A DNA stretch of 60,981 nt from Anaerolineae bacterium. Lineage in GTDB: Bacteria > Chloroflexota > Anaerolineae > Anaerolineales > Villigracilaceae. The notes beneath the pieces are model-generated. The model was not told where the DNA came from. It was given only the letters and a program-made list of their open reading frames with translations, and searched no databases. The DNA lies in NCBI GenBank assembly GCA_041488995.1, contig JBGPQJ010000001.1, forward strand, positions 1 through 60,981, written 5' to 3'. Both the position numbers and the translations under genes were made by a program. Positions 18,977 through 28,741 of the stretch are shown here, in pieces; position 1 is the first letter of the stretch, and each line of letters starts with the position of its first letter.

Positions 18977-19882
18977 ATGAAAATTCTGGTTTGCGACAAA
19001 ACCGAGAATGAGTGCATCGAGCAGATGCGTGCTGCCGGTCTGGAAGTGGATGTGCAGGATGAGATCACGCCTGACGAATTGATGCTTACTCTGCCGGCTT
19101 ATGAGGGAATAGTCGTACGCAGCCGTACCAAAGTTCGACAACCGTTAATTGATAACTGTCCCAATCTCAAAGTGATCGTCCGCGGTGGAGTCGGTTTGGA
19201 TACGATTGATGCTGATTATGCCCAGTCCAAAGGGATCACCGTGATGAACACCCCGCAAGCCAGTTCGGCTTCAGTGGCTGAGTTAACCATTGGTTTCATG
19301 TTTGGGCTGGCACGGTCAATCTATCAGACAACCGCTTCGGTAAAGGCGGAAAAATGGGAAAAGAAACGCTTCGTAGGCGATGAGATTGGCGGTAAAACTC
19401 TTGGTCTGATTGGCGTTGGCAACATTGGCAGAGAAGTTGCCAAACGCGCTTCGGCGCTCGGTATGACAGTACTGGCTTTTGACCCTTACATAAAGGAGTT
19501 GGAAGACGGGAGGCTGGTCCCGTTGGATGAATTGCTGGCTCATTCTGATTACATCAGCCTTCACCTGCCAATGACCAAGGAAACTCAAAATATGATTGGA
19601 CCAGAACAGTTCTCCAAAATGAAAAACGGTGTGCGGATTATCAACTGTTCGCGTGGTGGCATAATCAACGAGGAGGCACTCTACCAGGCTTTAACCAGCG
19701 GAAAGGTGGCTGGTGCTGCTCTGGATGTGTTTGCTGAAGAACCCCCCACCCATTGGCAATTGATCAAACTTGATAATGTGATTGGTTCGCCACATGTCGG
19801 CGCCGCCACCAGGGAAGCCCAGAGCCGGGTCGGTGCAGAAGTGGCTCAGAAATTGATTGAATTTGCACGAACACACTCATAG
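18977..19882 (+). CDS. serA: D-3-phosphoglycerate dehydrogenase-like 2-hydroxyacid dehydrogenase (short form, no ACT domain)
   Basis: Start set at MKILVCDK, preceded by GGAGA. NAD-binding GLIGVGNIGREVA. Catalytic region CSRGGIINEEAL...AALDVF...PHVGAAT. Confidence 0.85.
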   Translation: MKILVCDKTENECIEQMRAAGLEVDVQDEITPDELMLTLPAYEGIVVRSRTKVRQPLIDNCPNLKVIVRGGVGLDTIDADYAQSKGITVMNTPQASSASVAELTIGFMFGLARSIYQTTASVKAEKWEKKRFVGDEIGGKTLGLIGVGNIGREVAKRASALGMTVLAFDPYIKELEDGRLVPLDELLAHSDYISLHLPMTKETQNMIGPEQFSKMKNGVRIINCSRGGIINEEALYQALTSGKVAGAALDVFAEEPPTHWQLIKLDNVIGSPHVGAATREAQSRVGAEVAQKLIEFARTHS

Positions 19883-19924
19883 TGTTTGTGAAGCGAATAT
19901 TATTTCACATTGCAAAACTTCTAT

Positions 19925-21244
19925 ATGAAAAATATCCCCGACCTTGGAATTCAAATCCCTCAGATTTACCTGCCTATACCTGGAACGGACTTGACCCGTT
20001 GGGCGGTTATCGCTTGTGACCAATTCTCTTCCCAACCAGATTACTGGCAAAAAGTGGAATCCCTTGTTGGCAATGCACCTTCCACCTTGCGACTGACCTT
20101 CCCTGAGATTTATCTTGAACAAATCGATGCTCCAAGGCGGATCGAGAATATTCAATCGACCATGGGTCAATATCTCGATGAAGGTATTCTGCGGGCATGT
20201 GAAGGGTTAATATATATCGAAAGAACCGTGAATGGAAAGACTCGCAAAGGCGTTGTCCTTGCGCTTGACCTGGAATGCTACGACTACAATAGGGGTTCTT
20301 CCAGCCTGATACGAGCCACAGAAGGGACGATCATCGAACGATTGCCTCCTCGCATGAAGATCCGTGAAAATGCAGTGCTCGAGCTGCCGCATATCCTCGT
20401 GCTTATCGATGATCCAGATCGTACGGTTATCGAACCGCTTGAATCCGCAAAAGCTCATCTCGAGAAAATCTACGATTTCGATTTGATGCTTGATAGCGGG
20501 CACCTCGCCGGCTACCGGGTCGATAATGCTGACTTGGAAGATGGCTTGCTATCGGCTTTAAGAACCCTTGCCCGCCCTGATCTTTTCTCTGCAAAATATA
20601 ATGTCAGCGCAGACCAGCACGTTTTACTCTTCGCGATGGGGGATGGCAACCACTCTCTCGCTACCGCCAAAGCCATCTGGGAGAAAATCAAGCCAGAGGT
20701 GGGGATGGACCATCCTGCTCGTTTTGCTCTTGTTGAAATCGAAAATGTCCACGATAATGCACTCTCATTTGAACCCATCCATCGGGTGTTGTTCGGATTG
20801 AAAAAGGATTTCTATGCTTCTCTTGAATCCACATTTGGGCAGAACTACAGTTACTTTCCTGCCGCCAGCACCGAAGAAATGATCAAACGCGTCGATCTGG
20901 GAGATTCTAAGAAGCAGCTGGCAGGGATAGTCGGCGGCGGAAGAGCATTCGGTGTGGTCGAATTTTCCAGACCCACCTCCAATCTTGTGGTAGGAACCAT
21001 CCAGACTTTCCTCGACACTTTCATAACAGAGGGCAGTGCGGAAAAGATTGACTATGTCCACGGAGCGGATGTGACCGTACACCTCGGCACTCAGCATGGC
21101 AACTTGGGCATCTACCTGCCAGGAATGCACAAGGGCGACTTGTTCCAGACAGTGATCTTGGATGGTGCACTGCCGCGCAAGACTTTCTCAATGGGTGAAG
21201 CCCGAGAAAAGCGATTTTACATGGAAGCGCGGAAGATCGCATAA
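19925..21244 (+). CDS. DUF1015 family protein
   Basis: About 439 aa from ATG 19925 (the track start is a TTG at 19910). The N-terminus (WAVIACDQFSSQPDYW) and GDGNHSLATAKA match my recollection of DUF1015. Confidence 0.75.
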   Translation: MKNIPDLGIQIPQIYLPIPGTDLTRWAVIACDQFSSQPDYWQKVESLVGNAPSTLRLTFPEIYLEQIDAPRRIENIQSTMGQYLDEGILRACEGLIYIERTVNGKTRKGVVLALDLECYDYNRGSSSLIRATEGTIIERLPPRMKIRENAVLELPHILVLIDDPDRTVIEPLESAKAHLEKIYDFDLMLDSGHLAGYRVDNADLEDGLLSALRTLARPDLFSAKYNVSADQHVLLFAMGDGNHSLATAKAIWEKIKPEVGMDHPARFALVEIENVHDNALSFEPIHRVLFGLKKDFYASLESTFGQNYSYFPAASTEEMIKRVDLGDSKKQLAGIVGGGRAFGVVEFSRPTSNLVVGTIQTFLDTFITEGSAEKIDYVHGADVTVHLGTQHGNLGIYLPGMHKGDLFQTVILDGALPRKTFSMGEAREKRFYMEARKIA

Positions 21245-21324
21245 ACACCGAAGAATAAAGTTTATCCTACAATTCTTTCCTTGGCGTTTATTATTCTGTA
21301 TTTCTTCAATTTTGACTCGCATAT

Positions 21325-21972
21325 TTATCCCTGCAATTTGAGGATGGCTTGCGCAAAATCAGCCGGGTAAGAGGTTTCAAAGGTCATGCGCTGACCGGTA
21401 TCCGGGTGGGTGAGTGTCAATGAAAGAGCATGGAGTGCTGGGCGAGCGATTAAATCGGTGGACGGGGCACTGTAGAGGATGTCCCCAACCATAGGATACC
21501 CCAGCGCATAGGCGTGTACTCGGACTTGGTGAGTCCTGCCCGTCGAAGGCACAGCCTCCAACAACCCGCAGCTTTCATACCGATGAAGAACCTTGAAATG
21601 CGTTTCAGATTTTTTCCCCTTACTATGGTCGACGACTGTTCGATGGCGGTGTCCTACGTTGATGCGCAGCGGATGGCGGGCGATATGTTCATCCCATTTT
21701 GGGACTCCATTGCATAAGGCGTGGTATACCTTCTGAGCTGTGTGTTTTTCAAATTGCGTGTTCAGCGCACGGTGGGCTTCCGCTGTGCGGGCAAAGACCA
21801 TTACGCCACTGGTGACTTTATCCAGGCGGTGGACAACCCAGAGTTTCGCGAACTCTGCCTCGAGTTGTTGAACCAGATATGGGGCATCAGGCTCCCAGCC
21901 ATCGGGCAGGACGGGTATGCCGGCGGGCTTATTGATGATGAGCAGGGAAACATCCATGTAGATTACATCCAC
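21325..21972 (-). CDS. RluA family pseudouridine synthase
   Basis: HRLDKVTSGVMVFA catalytic-Asp motif, TGRTHQVRVH and LHA motifs. Confidence 0.85.
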   Translation of the reverse strand: MDVIYMDVSLLIINKPAGIPVLPDGWEPDAPYLVQQLEAEFAKLWVVHRLDKVTSGVMVFARTAEAHRALNTQFEKHTAQKVYHALCNGVPKWDEHIARHPLRINVGHRHRTVVDHSKGKKSETHFKVLHRYESCGLLEAVPSTGRTHQVRVHAYALGYPMVGDILYSAPSTDLIARPALHALSLTLTHPDTGQRMTFETSYPADFAQAILKLQG

Positions 21973-22051
21973 AAGACGATTTTACCTCTCAAATTTCTTT
22001 TTGCGTTTTCTCTCTTGACATTAACGTAACGTCAGGGTTTATATTAATCCC

Positions 22052-22798
22052 ATGTTCACTGTCAAACAGCTTTCCGACCTCGCGGGTGTCACTCCGCGCA
22101 CTTTGCACCACTATGACCAGATTGGGCTGCTCAAGCCGTCCCGAATCGGCGAGAACGGTTATCGCTATTACGGAGATGAGTCGCTGCTCAAGTTGCAACA
22201 AATTCTGTTCTACCGGGAACTGGGTTTGCCGTTGGAAGACATCAAGAAAATCATGGGACGCCGTGGTTTCGATGTGCTGAGAGCGTTGGAAGATCATAGA
22301 AGTGAAATCCAGAAGCATATTGCGCGGCTGGAGCGTCTGAACGAGACAGTGGACAACACGATTTCACACCTGAAAGGACAAAAAGAGATGAGCAAGAGAC
22401 AATTATTCGAAGCCTTTAGCGATGAACAACAGGCTGAATACGAAAAAGAAATTTTGCAGAAGTATGACCCCGCGACGGTGAAAGCTTCCATCAAGAAATG
22501 GAAGAGCTATAGTCCTGCCGATAAGCAGCGCATCGCGGACGAAGGCAATGATGCCTACGAAGCCATCCTGGCTGCCATGCCCAAGGGTGCCTCCAGTCCC
22601 GAAGCCCAGGTCGGAGTTGAACTCTGGCGCAAGCACATGGACTATTTCTGGACGCCGAACCTCGACCAGTTGGTAGGCCTGGCAGAAATGTACAACGACG
22701 ATCCGCGCTTCATGGCTAATTTCGACAAGATTGACCCGCGATTGGCAGCGTTCATGTTGGAAGCAGTGAAAGTATATGTTGCTAAACAGAAGAAGTAA
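22052..22798 (+). CDS. MerR family transcriptional regulator with TipAS-like C-terminal domain
   Basis: N-terminal MerR HTH (FTVKQLSDLAGVTPRTLHHYDQIGLLKP). C-terminal TipAS-like region (MAEMYNDDPRFMANFD). Confidence 0.85.
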   Translation: MFTVKQLSDLAGVTPRTLHHYDQIGLLKPSRIGENGYRYYGDESLLKLQQILFYRELGLPLEDIKKIMGRRGFDVLRALEDHRSEIQKHIARLERLNETVDNTISHLKGQKEMSKRQLFEAFSDEQQAEYEKEILQKYDPATVKASIKKWKSYSPADKQRIADEGNDAYEAILAAMPKGASSPEAQVGVELWRKHMDYFWTPNLDQLVGLAEMYNDDPRFMANFDKIDPRLAAFMLEAVKVYVAKQKK

Positions 22799-22810
22799 GA
22801 GAGAAAAGAC

Positions 22811-22842
22811 AGAGAGCCAGTGGAAAAACCCACTGGCTCTCT
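22811..22842. repeat. 32-nt hairpin element, copy 1 (perfect 13-bp stem)
   Basis: AGAGAGCCAGTGG-AAAAAC-CCACTGGCTCTCT, between two convergent genes. It is 28/32 identical to the element at 25008-25039. Confidence 0.6.
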
Positions 22843-22865
22843 CCAATGCTCAAGAGTCGCTGGAT

Positions 22866-24671
22866 TTAACTCCCTGGTCGGTGATACAGCTTGAGTGTGC
22901 CAGACTCGGTAATGCCCAAGCCTGCGTCGTCCTTGATCCATTCCTTGCTGGCCATCAGTGCATCGCCAGGGGTAATGGTCCAGCTATCGGCAAAGAACCC
23001 GCCATCCGCGGGCATTTCTGGCGCCGGCATAGCCGGGAGGGTTCCAGCCTGTAACCCAGACAGATCGGGCATGGGGGGCACACCCCCCGCCAGGGAGCCG
23101 ACGCTGCCAGCGTTTAATTCATCCTGATGCAGAACGAAGAAAATTCCAGACCAATAGCCGCTTGGCGGAGCGGCTAAATCCTCATAAGTTTCATTCTTGT
23201 TGGAATCATAGAGGATACAGTGAACGTTGTAGCTCTCACTCGTTACGCCCGGGAAATAGAGCATATTGAAATCGCGCACATACGGCTCCGGATCGGTCTC
23301 TGAGCGCGTGTCCTGAACGTAGACCAAGTCCTTCACTTCAAAGGTTCCACCGCCCGTCTTACTGTCGGCAGTGCATGTCATGCCTTTGCCGGGTTTGCCC
23401 GCGTCATATTTGAAAGACAAGTTATCAAGCGGCCCGCTGCCCTTGATGGTGAAAGAGCTAGGATCGAATCGAAGCGTTATCTTACCATCCACGACCGACT
23501 TGTATCCGCCATCGCCGGTGTCAAAACTGCCTTGAGAATGGAATTGCAATTCAAAGGTCAAGCATTTTACAGTCAGGTCACGAGCAAGTACAAGATTTTC
23601 CGGTTCGGGAATGCTTGCCCCACTCCCCTCTTTTTCAATTTCGTCCTGGCGCAGCTGGTCAATGTAGAGAGGGATCATGCCATTGATGATATGCTGATCC
23701 ACACAGCGTTGGTACTCCTCCTTGATGCACTTAGTCGCTCCGCTTTTTAACAGGTCTACTACTTTGGCCATGGTGGCGGATGAGGTATCCATACCTAGGA
23801 TTTGACGCATTTTTTCCTGGTCAAGAAACTTCCGCATCGCCTCTTTCCCAGCCGCACACGAATCACCTGCCGACTCGAGTGCTGGATTGATCACTTCCCG
23901 ATCCCACTGGTCCATAAGGTCCAGGATGGTCTGTATCTGTTGGGGATCAACCGAGTCGGTTCCATTTTGTTTGTCTTCGCGCATCTTCGCGATCACCTCA
24001 GCTGTGAGGCTTTGAATGGCTGCTTCGGTGTCGCCTCCCAACTGCCCCTGGATGGTCGCGCTATCCAAATCAGAAAGTTCGTGAACATCACCACCGGCGG
24101 GGACCCCATTGCCCACGGCCGAGATGTCCGCGCTAACACCGTAACCGCTGAAATGCATCAGCCGGATCTTGAGTTCCTTCGAGTCCACGACTGGGATAGC
24201 GAGACCGACCGTATTACCATCACCCTTGTAGCTAAAAAAGAGTTGCTGGGCTAAGGGTATCGGCTTCGCAGGGGTGATTGTAAGAATGGCATCGTAGTAC
24301 AGATAAAGTCCTTCTGGTTCCACCTGCACAGCATAGGTCGTTTTGCCGTCGAAGGGTTGACCCGAAACACTTGAAATCGGCGTGAGCGTAATCGTCGTCG
24401 CGCTGGTCAAAGCTTTTTCAGGGATGTCCAGGGTATAAACGGTTCCATCGGCTCCTGTAGCGCTGACCTGTCCACCGTCCGGCCCGATGATGACCTGAGC
24501 ACTGTGGTCTTGATCCAGTTCGAGGCCGAGATGGATCGGGTTGGTGGGTGCCTTGAAAATATACTGGTATTTATTGGCTTGGCCACCGCCACCGCCCAGT
24601 TGGGTTGCAAACCGACAGGCTGACAGTGTCATGACGGCTATGAGCAAGTAAATGAGCGTGCGCTTTTTCAT
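22866..24671 (-). CDS. large lipoprotein of unknown function
   Basis: Start set at MKKRTLIYLLIAVMTLSAC (lipobox), preceded by GGAGGTG. About 600 aa with no recognised catalytic motif. Confidence 0.6.
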   Translation of the reverse strand: MKKRTLIYLLIAVMTLSACRFATQLGGGGGQANKYQYIFKAPTNPIHLGLELDQDHSAQVIIGPDGGQVSATGADGTVYTLDIPEKALTSATTITLTPISSVSGQPFDGKTTYAVQVEPEGLYLYYDAILTITPAKPIPLAQQLFFSYKGDGNTVGLAIPVVDSKELKIRLMHFSGYGVSADISAVGNGVPAGGDVHELSDLDSATIQGQLGGDTEAAIQSLTAEVIAKMREDKQNGTDSVDPQQIQTILDLMDQWDREVINPALESAGDSCAAGKEAMRKFLDQEKMRQILGMDTSSATMAKVVDLLKSGATKCIKEEYQRCVDQHIINGMIPLYIDQLRQDEIEKEGSGASIPEPENLVLARDLTVKCLTFELQFHSQGSFDTGDGGYKSVVDGKITLRFDPSSFTIKGSGPLDNLSFKYDAGKPGKGMTCTADSKTGGGTFEVKDLVYVQDTRSETDPEPYVRDFNMLYFPGVTSESYNVHCILYDSNKNETYEDLAAPPSGYWSGIFFVLHQDELNAGSVGSLAGGVPPMPDLSGLQAGTLPAMPAPEMPADGGFFADSWTITPGDALMASKEWIKDDAGLGITESGTLKLYHRPGS

Positions 24672-25007
24672 TGAACACCTCCAGGTGTTTTGAAACTTGT
24701 TTTCTATGCTCGGTTTCAAACTTAGAAATTTTAAGAGATTTTCTCTCCATCTGGTTTTGCTAACAACTTATTTATTTGTAGGCCAATTGATAAGGTTGAA
24801 ATGAAAAAGGAATGGGGCAATTCTGAAAAATTACTAATTGGGTCATTATAGCACTATTAAAAAAAGATGATTGATTACACCTTCCACTTCTTACACTTGA
24901 AACCTGCTACGCCATATTTAACTTCAGCTTCGCCTACTCCCCGAATTTCGATTGGAGGCTGGGGAAATTTATGGTAATAAATGTAATAAGAAATTAAGGA
25001 TTATGAG

Positions 25008-25039
25008 AGAGAGCCAGTGGAGAAATCTACTGACTCTCT
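25008..25039. repeat. 32-nt hairpin element, copy 2 (one stem mismatch)
   Basis: AGAGAGCCAGTGG-AGAAATCT-ACTGACTCTCT, just downstream of the kynureninase stop codon. Same orientation as copy 1. Confidence 0.55.
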
Positions 25040-25063
25040 GAAATTAATTCCTACTTCGGGGAA

Positions 25064-26329
25064 TTATGTTACTGGTAGACGATCTTTTTGATATTTCTCA
25101 TATCGTTTTTCCTGCATCACGATCCGTACGCGCTCCACGGTCTGCCAGATTTCCCCAAAGGTGGTATACAACGGCGCTAGACCAAACCGGATGTTGTCCG
25201 GTTCGCGGAAATCGGGGATGACGTTCATCTCGTCGATCAGCGCGCGGTTGATGCGGTAACCTTCGGGGTGGTGCAGGCTGACATGCGATCCGCGTCTTTC
25301 AGGTATGCGCGGCGTCCCGAGGGTGAAACCGAGAGGCGTGAGGACCTCGTCGGTGAGGTCAATCATGTATTCGGTTATCAGCATGGATTTTCGACGGATG
25401 AGGTCCATCCCGGCTTCCAGGATCGGATCGAGCGCAGCTTCCATAGCCAGGAGGGAGAGCATGGGTTGCGAACCAGCCAGGAAACGGGTCGCACCCGGGG
25501 CGGGGGAGTAATCCAATCCAAAAGCAAAAGGCGCGGTTTGTCCCCACCAGCCCCAGATGGGAGAGGTGGCCATTGCCTGGATGTCCTTATTTACGTAGAG
25601 AAATGCCGGAGAACCAGGTCCGCCGTTGAGATATTTATACGTGCACCCGATGGCGAAATCCACGCCTGCCGCGTCCAGTTCGATCGGTACCGCCCCGACA
25701 GAATGGCTCAAGTCCCACAGCACCAGCGCGCCAGCCTGATGGGCTTTTTCGGTGATGGCTGCCATGTCGTAAAGAAATCCGCTTTTATACACCACATGAG
25801 AGAGAGTCACCAGGGCGGTGTTCTCGTCCATTGTGGCGGTCATCGTATCGAGGTCAGGGGTGAGGTCCCCATCCTTGGAACCGATGCGTACGATTTCATG
25901 CCTGCCGCCGAGCAATTGGACGAGTCCCTGCAGGATGTAGAGGTCCGAAGGGAAATTAAGTGTGTCGGTGATGATTTTCGTCCGCTGAGGACGAAGCTGC
26001 AAGGCGGCAGAAACAAGTTTGAACAGGTTGACTGACGTTGAATCACTGACCAGCACCTGACCCGGCGCGGCTCCGACCAGTGCGGCGATTTTTTCGCCCA
26101 CACGGCGGGGAGCTTCCCACCAGCTTTTGTTCCAGCCGCGGATCAAATCCGTGCCCCACTCATCAGCGACCACCAATTGCAAGCGAGCTGCTGCCACTTT
26201 TGGCAGGCGTCCCAGCGAGTTGCCGTCCATGTAGATCAGGTCAGGGTCGGTGATTACAAAGCGCGAGCGGTAGTCTCGCAGCGGGTCTTGTTGGTCGAGC
26301 TGAGAGGCAGTCTTTTGGTTTAATTTCAT
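25064..26329 (-). CDS. kynU: kynureninase
   Basis: 421 aa. YMDGNSLG, WDLSHSVGAVP and the CTYKYLNGGPG PLP-lysine context are typical of kynureninase. Confidence 0.88.
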   Translation of the reverse strand: MKLNQKTASQLDQQDPLRDYRSRFVITDPDLIYMDGNSLGRLPKVAAARLQLVVADEWGTDLIRGWNKSWWEAPRRVGEKIAALVGAAPGQVLVSDSTSVNLFKLVSAALQLRPQRTKIITDTLNFPSDLYILQGLVQLLGGRHEIVRIGSKDGDLTPDLDTMTATMDENTALVTLSHVVYKSGFLYDMAAITEKAHQAGALVLWDLSHSVGAVPIELDAAGVDFAIGCTYKYLNGGPGSPAFLYVNKDIQAMATSPIWGWWGQTAPFAFGLDYSPAPGATRFLAGSQPMLSLLAMEAALDPILEAGMDLIRRKSMLITEYMIDLTDEVLTPLGFTLGTPRIPERRGSHVSLHHPEGYRINRALIDEMNVIPDFREPDNIRFGLAPLYTTFGEIWQTVERVRIVMQEKRYEKYQKDRLPVT

Positions 26330-26344
26330 GGCAGGAGGCTTGCC

Positions 26345-27976
26345 TTATGCTGGAATGCTTAATTTTTCTGGCGAGGACAGTTTCGACGGTACCTTGCTCA
26401 TCGCGTATTCCGCCAGAGCAGTGATGGTCAGCGACGGGTTGACACCGGGGTTCGCGGGCATGACCGAGCCGTCGACGACATACAGACCGGGATAATTGAA
26501 AACCTGAAAGTCCAGGCCGATCATGCCTTCCTTGTCATCCCTGCCGAAAGGGACCCCGCCCATGAGATGGGCAGTGGTGGGGAAGTTGAACAGGCTGTCG
26601 GTGAAGGCCGTAGCCGGGATGCCGTTGACCTTTTCGGCGAAGGTGCGCGTGATACGGTTGGCGAGGGTCAATTCACTGGCGATGTGTTCCTTCTCAGGCT
26701 GGATGACCAGTCCCTTGCGCCCGAAGGTGAAGAAACTACGCCCGAGGCGGACGCGCGTCAGGTTTTCTTCGGTCTGCATGACGAGCAGGATGGTGGTGTA
26801 ACGCGCCCAGCGCGAGAAGAACTTGGCATACATGAAATCGAATGGATGGCGGATGACCTCCCAGAGCGTCTTGAGGATACGCGCCGCGATACTGTCCGCG
26901 CCCTCGATTAGCGGCGCGGTCAGGGCGCGGATGAAAGATGCTCCATCCGAGTAGCGAACCGGCTCGACGCGCGTGACTTCGTCCGCACTGAAAATGGAAG
27001 TTATGGCGATGCCCTGTGAGAAATCCACATCGCGTCCGCGGGCGGTGACACCGAGAATGTTTTCGCTGTTGGTGCGGACGCGGTCACCGAGGCGCGGCGA
27101 GATACGTGCCAGGGATTTGGTTACTTCGCGGCAACGGAAGAGCAGTTCAAGTGTCCCGATTGAACCGGCGGAGACGATCACATTGCGCGCCCGCACACGT
27201 GATTCGGGTCGGAACAGAAACGCCGTCGAGGAGGAATAGATCACTTCGAAGCGTGCCTCGTCGGATTGTCCCGCGCGAAGCGGCTGGATGTCGCGCGCTT
27301 TGACTTCGGGAATAACCTGCGCGCCCTGTTTTTCGGCGAAGTAAAGATAATTTTTGACCAGGGTATTCTTGGCATTGTAGCGGCAACCGACCATGCAACC
27401 GCCGCAGAAATTACAGCCTGTCCGCGCCGGACCTTCGCCGCCAAAATAGGGATCCGGAATGGTTTTATTTTCTTCGCCAAAAAAAACGCCCACAGGGAGC
27501 GGTTCAAAGGTGTCGCCATAACCGAGTTCCTCCGCGATTTCCTTGCACTTTTCATCGGCAGGCCAGAGACGCGGGTTGCAGGCTACACCTAGCATGCGAT
27601 GGGCGGTATCGTAATGCGGTCGAAGTTCATGTTTCCAATCGTTCAGATGTTTCCAGGATGGCGCGGCGAAGAGGCGGTCATCCGGCTCGATCAAAACGTT
27701 GCCGTACATTAAACTGCCGCCGCCGACTCCGCTTCCATGCAACGCGAGCAGGCCGTTCATGAAGGTCATCTCGAATGTGCCGAAGAAACGCAAAGCAGGG
27801 AGCCAGAGAAACTTTGGCAGATTCCAATTTGTCTTTGGAAAGTCGTGATCCTCAAAGCGTTTGCCGCGCTCCAGAACCAGAACTGAATAACCTTTTTCCC
27901 TCAGGCGCATCGCGCAGACCGACCCGCCGAAACCGGACCCGATGATGACATAGTCAAATGTATTGAGATTTTGCAT
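26345..27976 (-). CDS. GMC family FAD-dependent oxidoreductase (cholesterol-oxidase-like)
   Basis: Start set at MQNLNTFDYVIIGSGFGGS, preceded by AAGGAA. N-terminal FAD fold and a C-terminal GMC motif (VVDGSVMPANPGVNP). Confidence 0.85.
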   Translation of the reverse strand: MQNLNTFDYVIIGSGFGGSVCAMRLREKGYSVLVLERGKRFEDHDFPKTNWNLPKFLWLPALRFFGTFEMTFMNGLLALHGSGVGGGSLMYGNVLIEPDDRLFAAPSWKHLNDWKHELRPHYDTAHRMLGVACNPRLWPADEKCKEIAEELGYGDTFEPLPVGVFFGEENKTIPDPYFGGEGPARTGCNFCGGCMVGCRYNAKNTLVKNYLYFAEKQGAQVIPEVKARDIQPLRAGQSDEARFEVIYSSSTAFLFRPESRVRARNVIVSAGSIGTLELLFRCREVTKSLARISPRLGDRVRTNSENILGVTARGRDVDFSQGIAITSIFSADEVTRVEPVRYSDGASFIRALTAPLIEGADSIAARILKTLWEVIRHPFDFMYAKFFSRWARYTTILLVMQTEENLTRVRLGRSFFTFGRKGLVIQPEKEHIASELTLANRITRTFAEKVNGIPATAFTDSLFNFPTTAHLMGGVPFGRDDKEGMIGLDFQVFNYPGLYVVDGSVMPANPGVNPSLTITALAEYAMSKVPSKLSSPEKLSIPA

Positions 27977-28035
27977 GGGAAATTCCTTTAACAACAAAAT
28001 GGAGTGAACCATCCACGCGATGGATTTTATTTCAC

Positions 28036-28662
28036 CTACGAAAAGAATTTCACCATGATGACCACTTCGATCACCTCGTAGATTGCGGCAACCAGCAGGG
28101 TCAGCACAATGAGGATATAGATTTTCCAGGTGCGTTTCAGACCTTCACGATAACCTTGTCCGCGACGTTCCAGCCCCACCGTGCGGGGGAACAGGAAGGC
28201 TGAGCCTTGCAGGTATGCTCCAAACATGGCCAGGACATACGCCTGTCCTTCAAGGATCAGTGTGATGGAATGCGGAATCATGATCATCTGCATGTCCGGG
28301 TGGGCGGGGGAGAAGATCAAACCCCACAGGATCGCACGGTAAATGCCCATCAAAATCCCGATGAAGGGAATGATCAACGATGGGATGGTGATGTACAAGA
28401 ACGACGCGATGATCAGGTTAACCAGAAAAGTCAGGGCGATGGCGGTAAAGACCTGCGCATTGACGTAAGCCGAACCGACTGCGGAGAGCGGTCCGGTCAT
28501 AAATGCTTCGCCGACCGTGTTGATCAGAGAATCCTGGAGCGGCCGGTTGAAAGCCGCCACGACCATGAAAATGAGCACCAGGCCATAATAGACAGCGTTC
28601 AGCACGATGTAAGCGCGGCGGTTCCCCAGCAACAGCTCCCAGGCAGACTTGAGGTGGGTCAT
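28036..28662 (-). CDS. polytopic membrane protein, function unknown
   Basis: 208 aa with about 6 hydrophobic helices. The family assignment is uncertain (possibly SpoIIM/DUF95-like). Confidence 0.5.
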   Translation of the reverse strand: MTHLKSAWELLLGNRRAYIVLNAVYYGLVLIFMVVAAFNRPLQDSLINTVGEAFMTGPLSAVGSAYVNAQVFTAIALTFLVNLIIASFLYITIPSLIIPFIGILMGIYRAILWGLIFSPAHPDMQMIMIPHSITLILEGQAYVLAMFGAYLQGSAFLFPRTVGLERRGQGYREGLKRTWKIYILIVLTLLVAAIYEVIEVVIMVKFFS

Positions 28663-28741
28663 TTATTTTCCCTCCGGAATTAATATCCATCAACTCGCTC
28701 AGGTTGGAGTTGGTGAGTCGATACCTCATCACTACAACCGA

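Noticed and set aside
24720-25005. Small ORFs (for example MKKEWGNSEKLLIGSL, about 24801-24851) in the AT-rich gap
   Set aside because: They are only about 16 codons long, with no RBS and no recognisable peptide family. The region is more likely to be promoter or leader DNA.
25268-26035. 255-aa plus-strand ORF inside the kynureninase gene
   Set aside because: It is an antisense shadow of a well-supported CDS. It is Arg/Gly/His-rich and has no motif.
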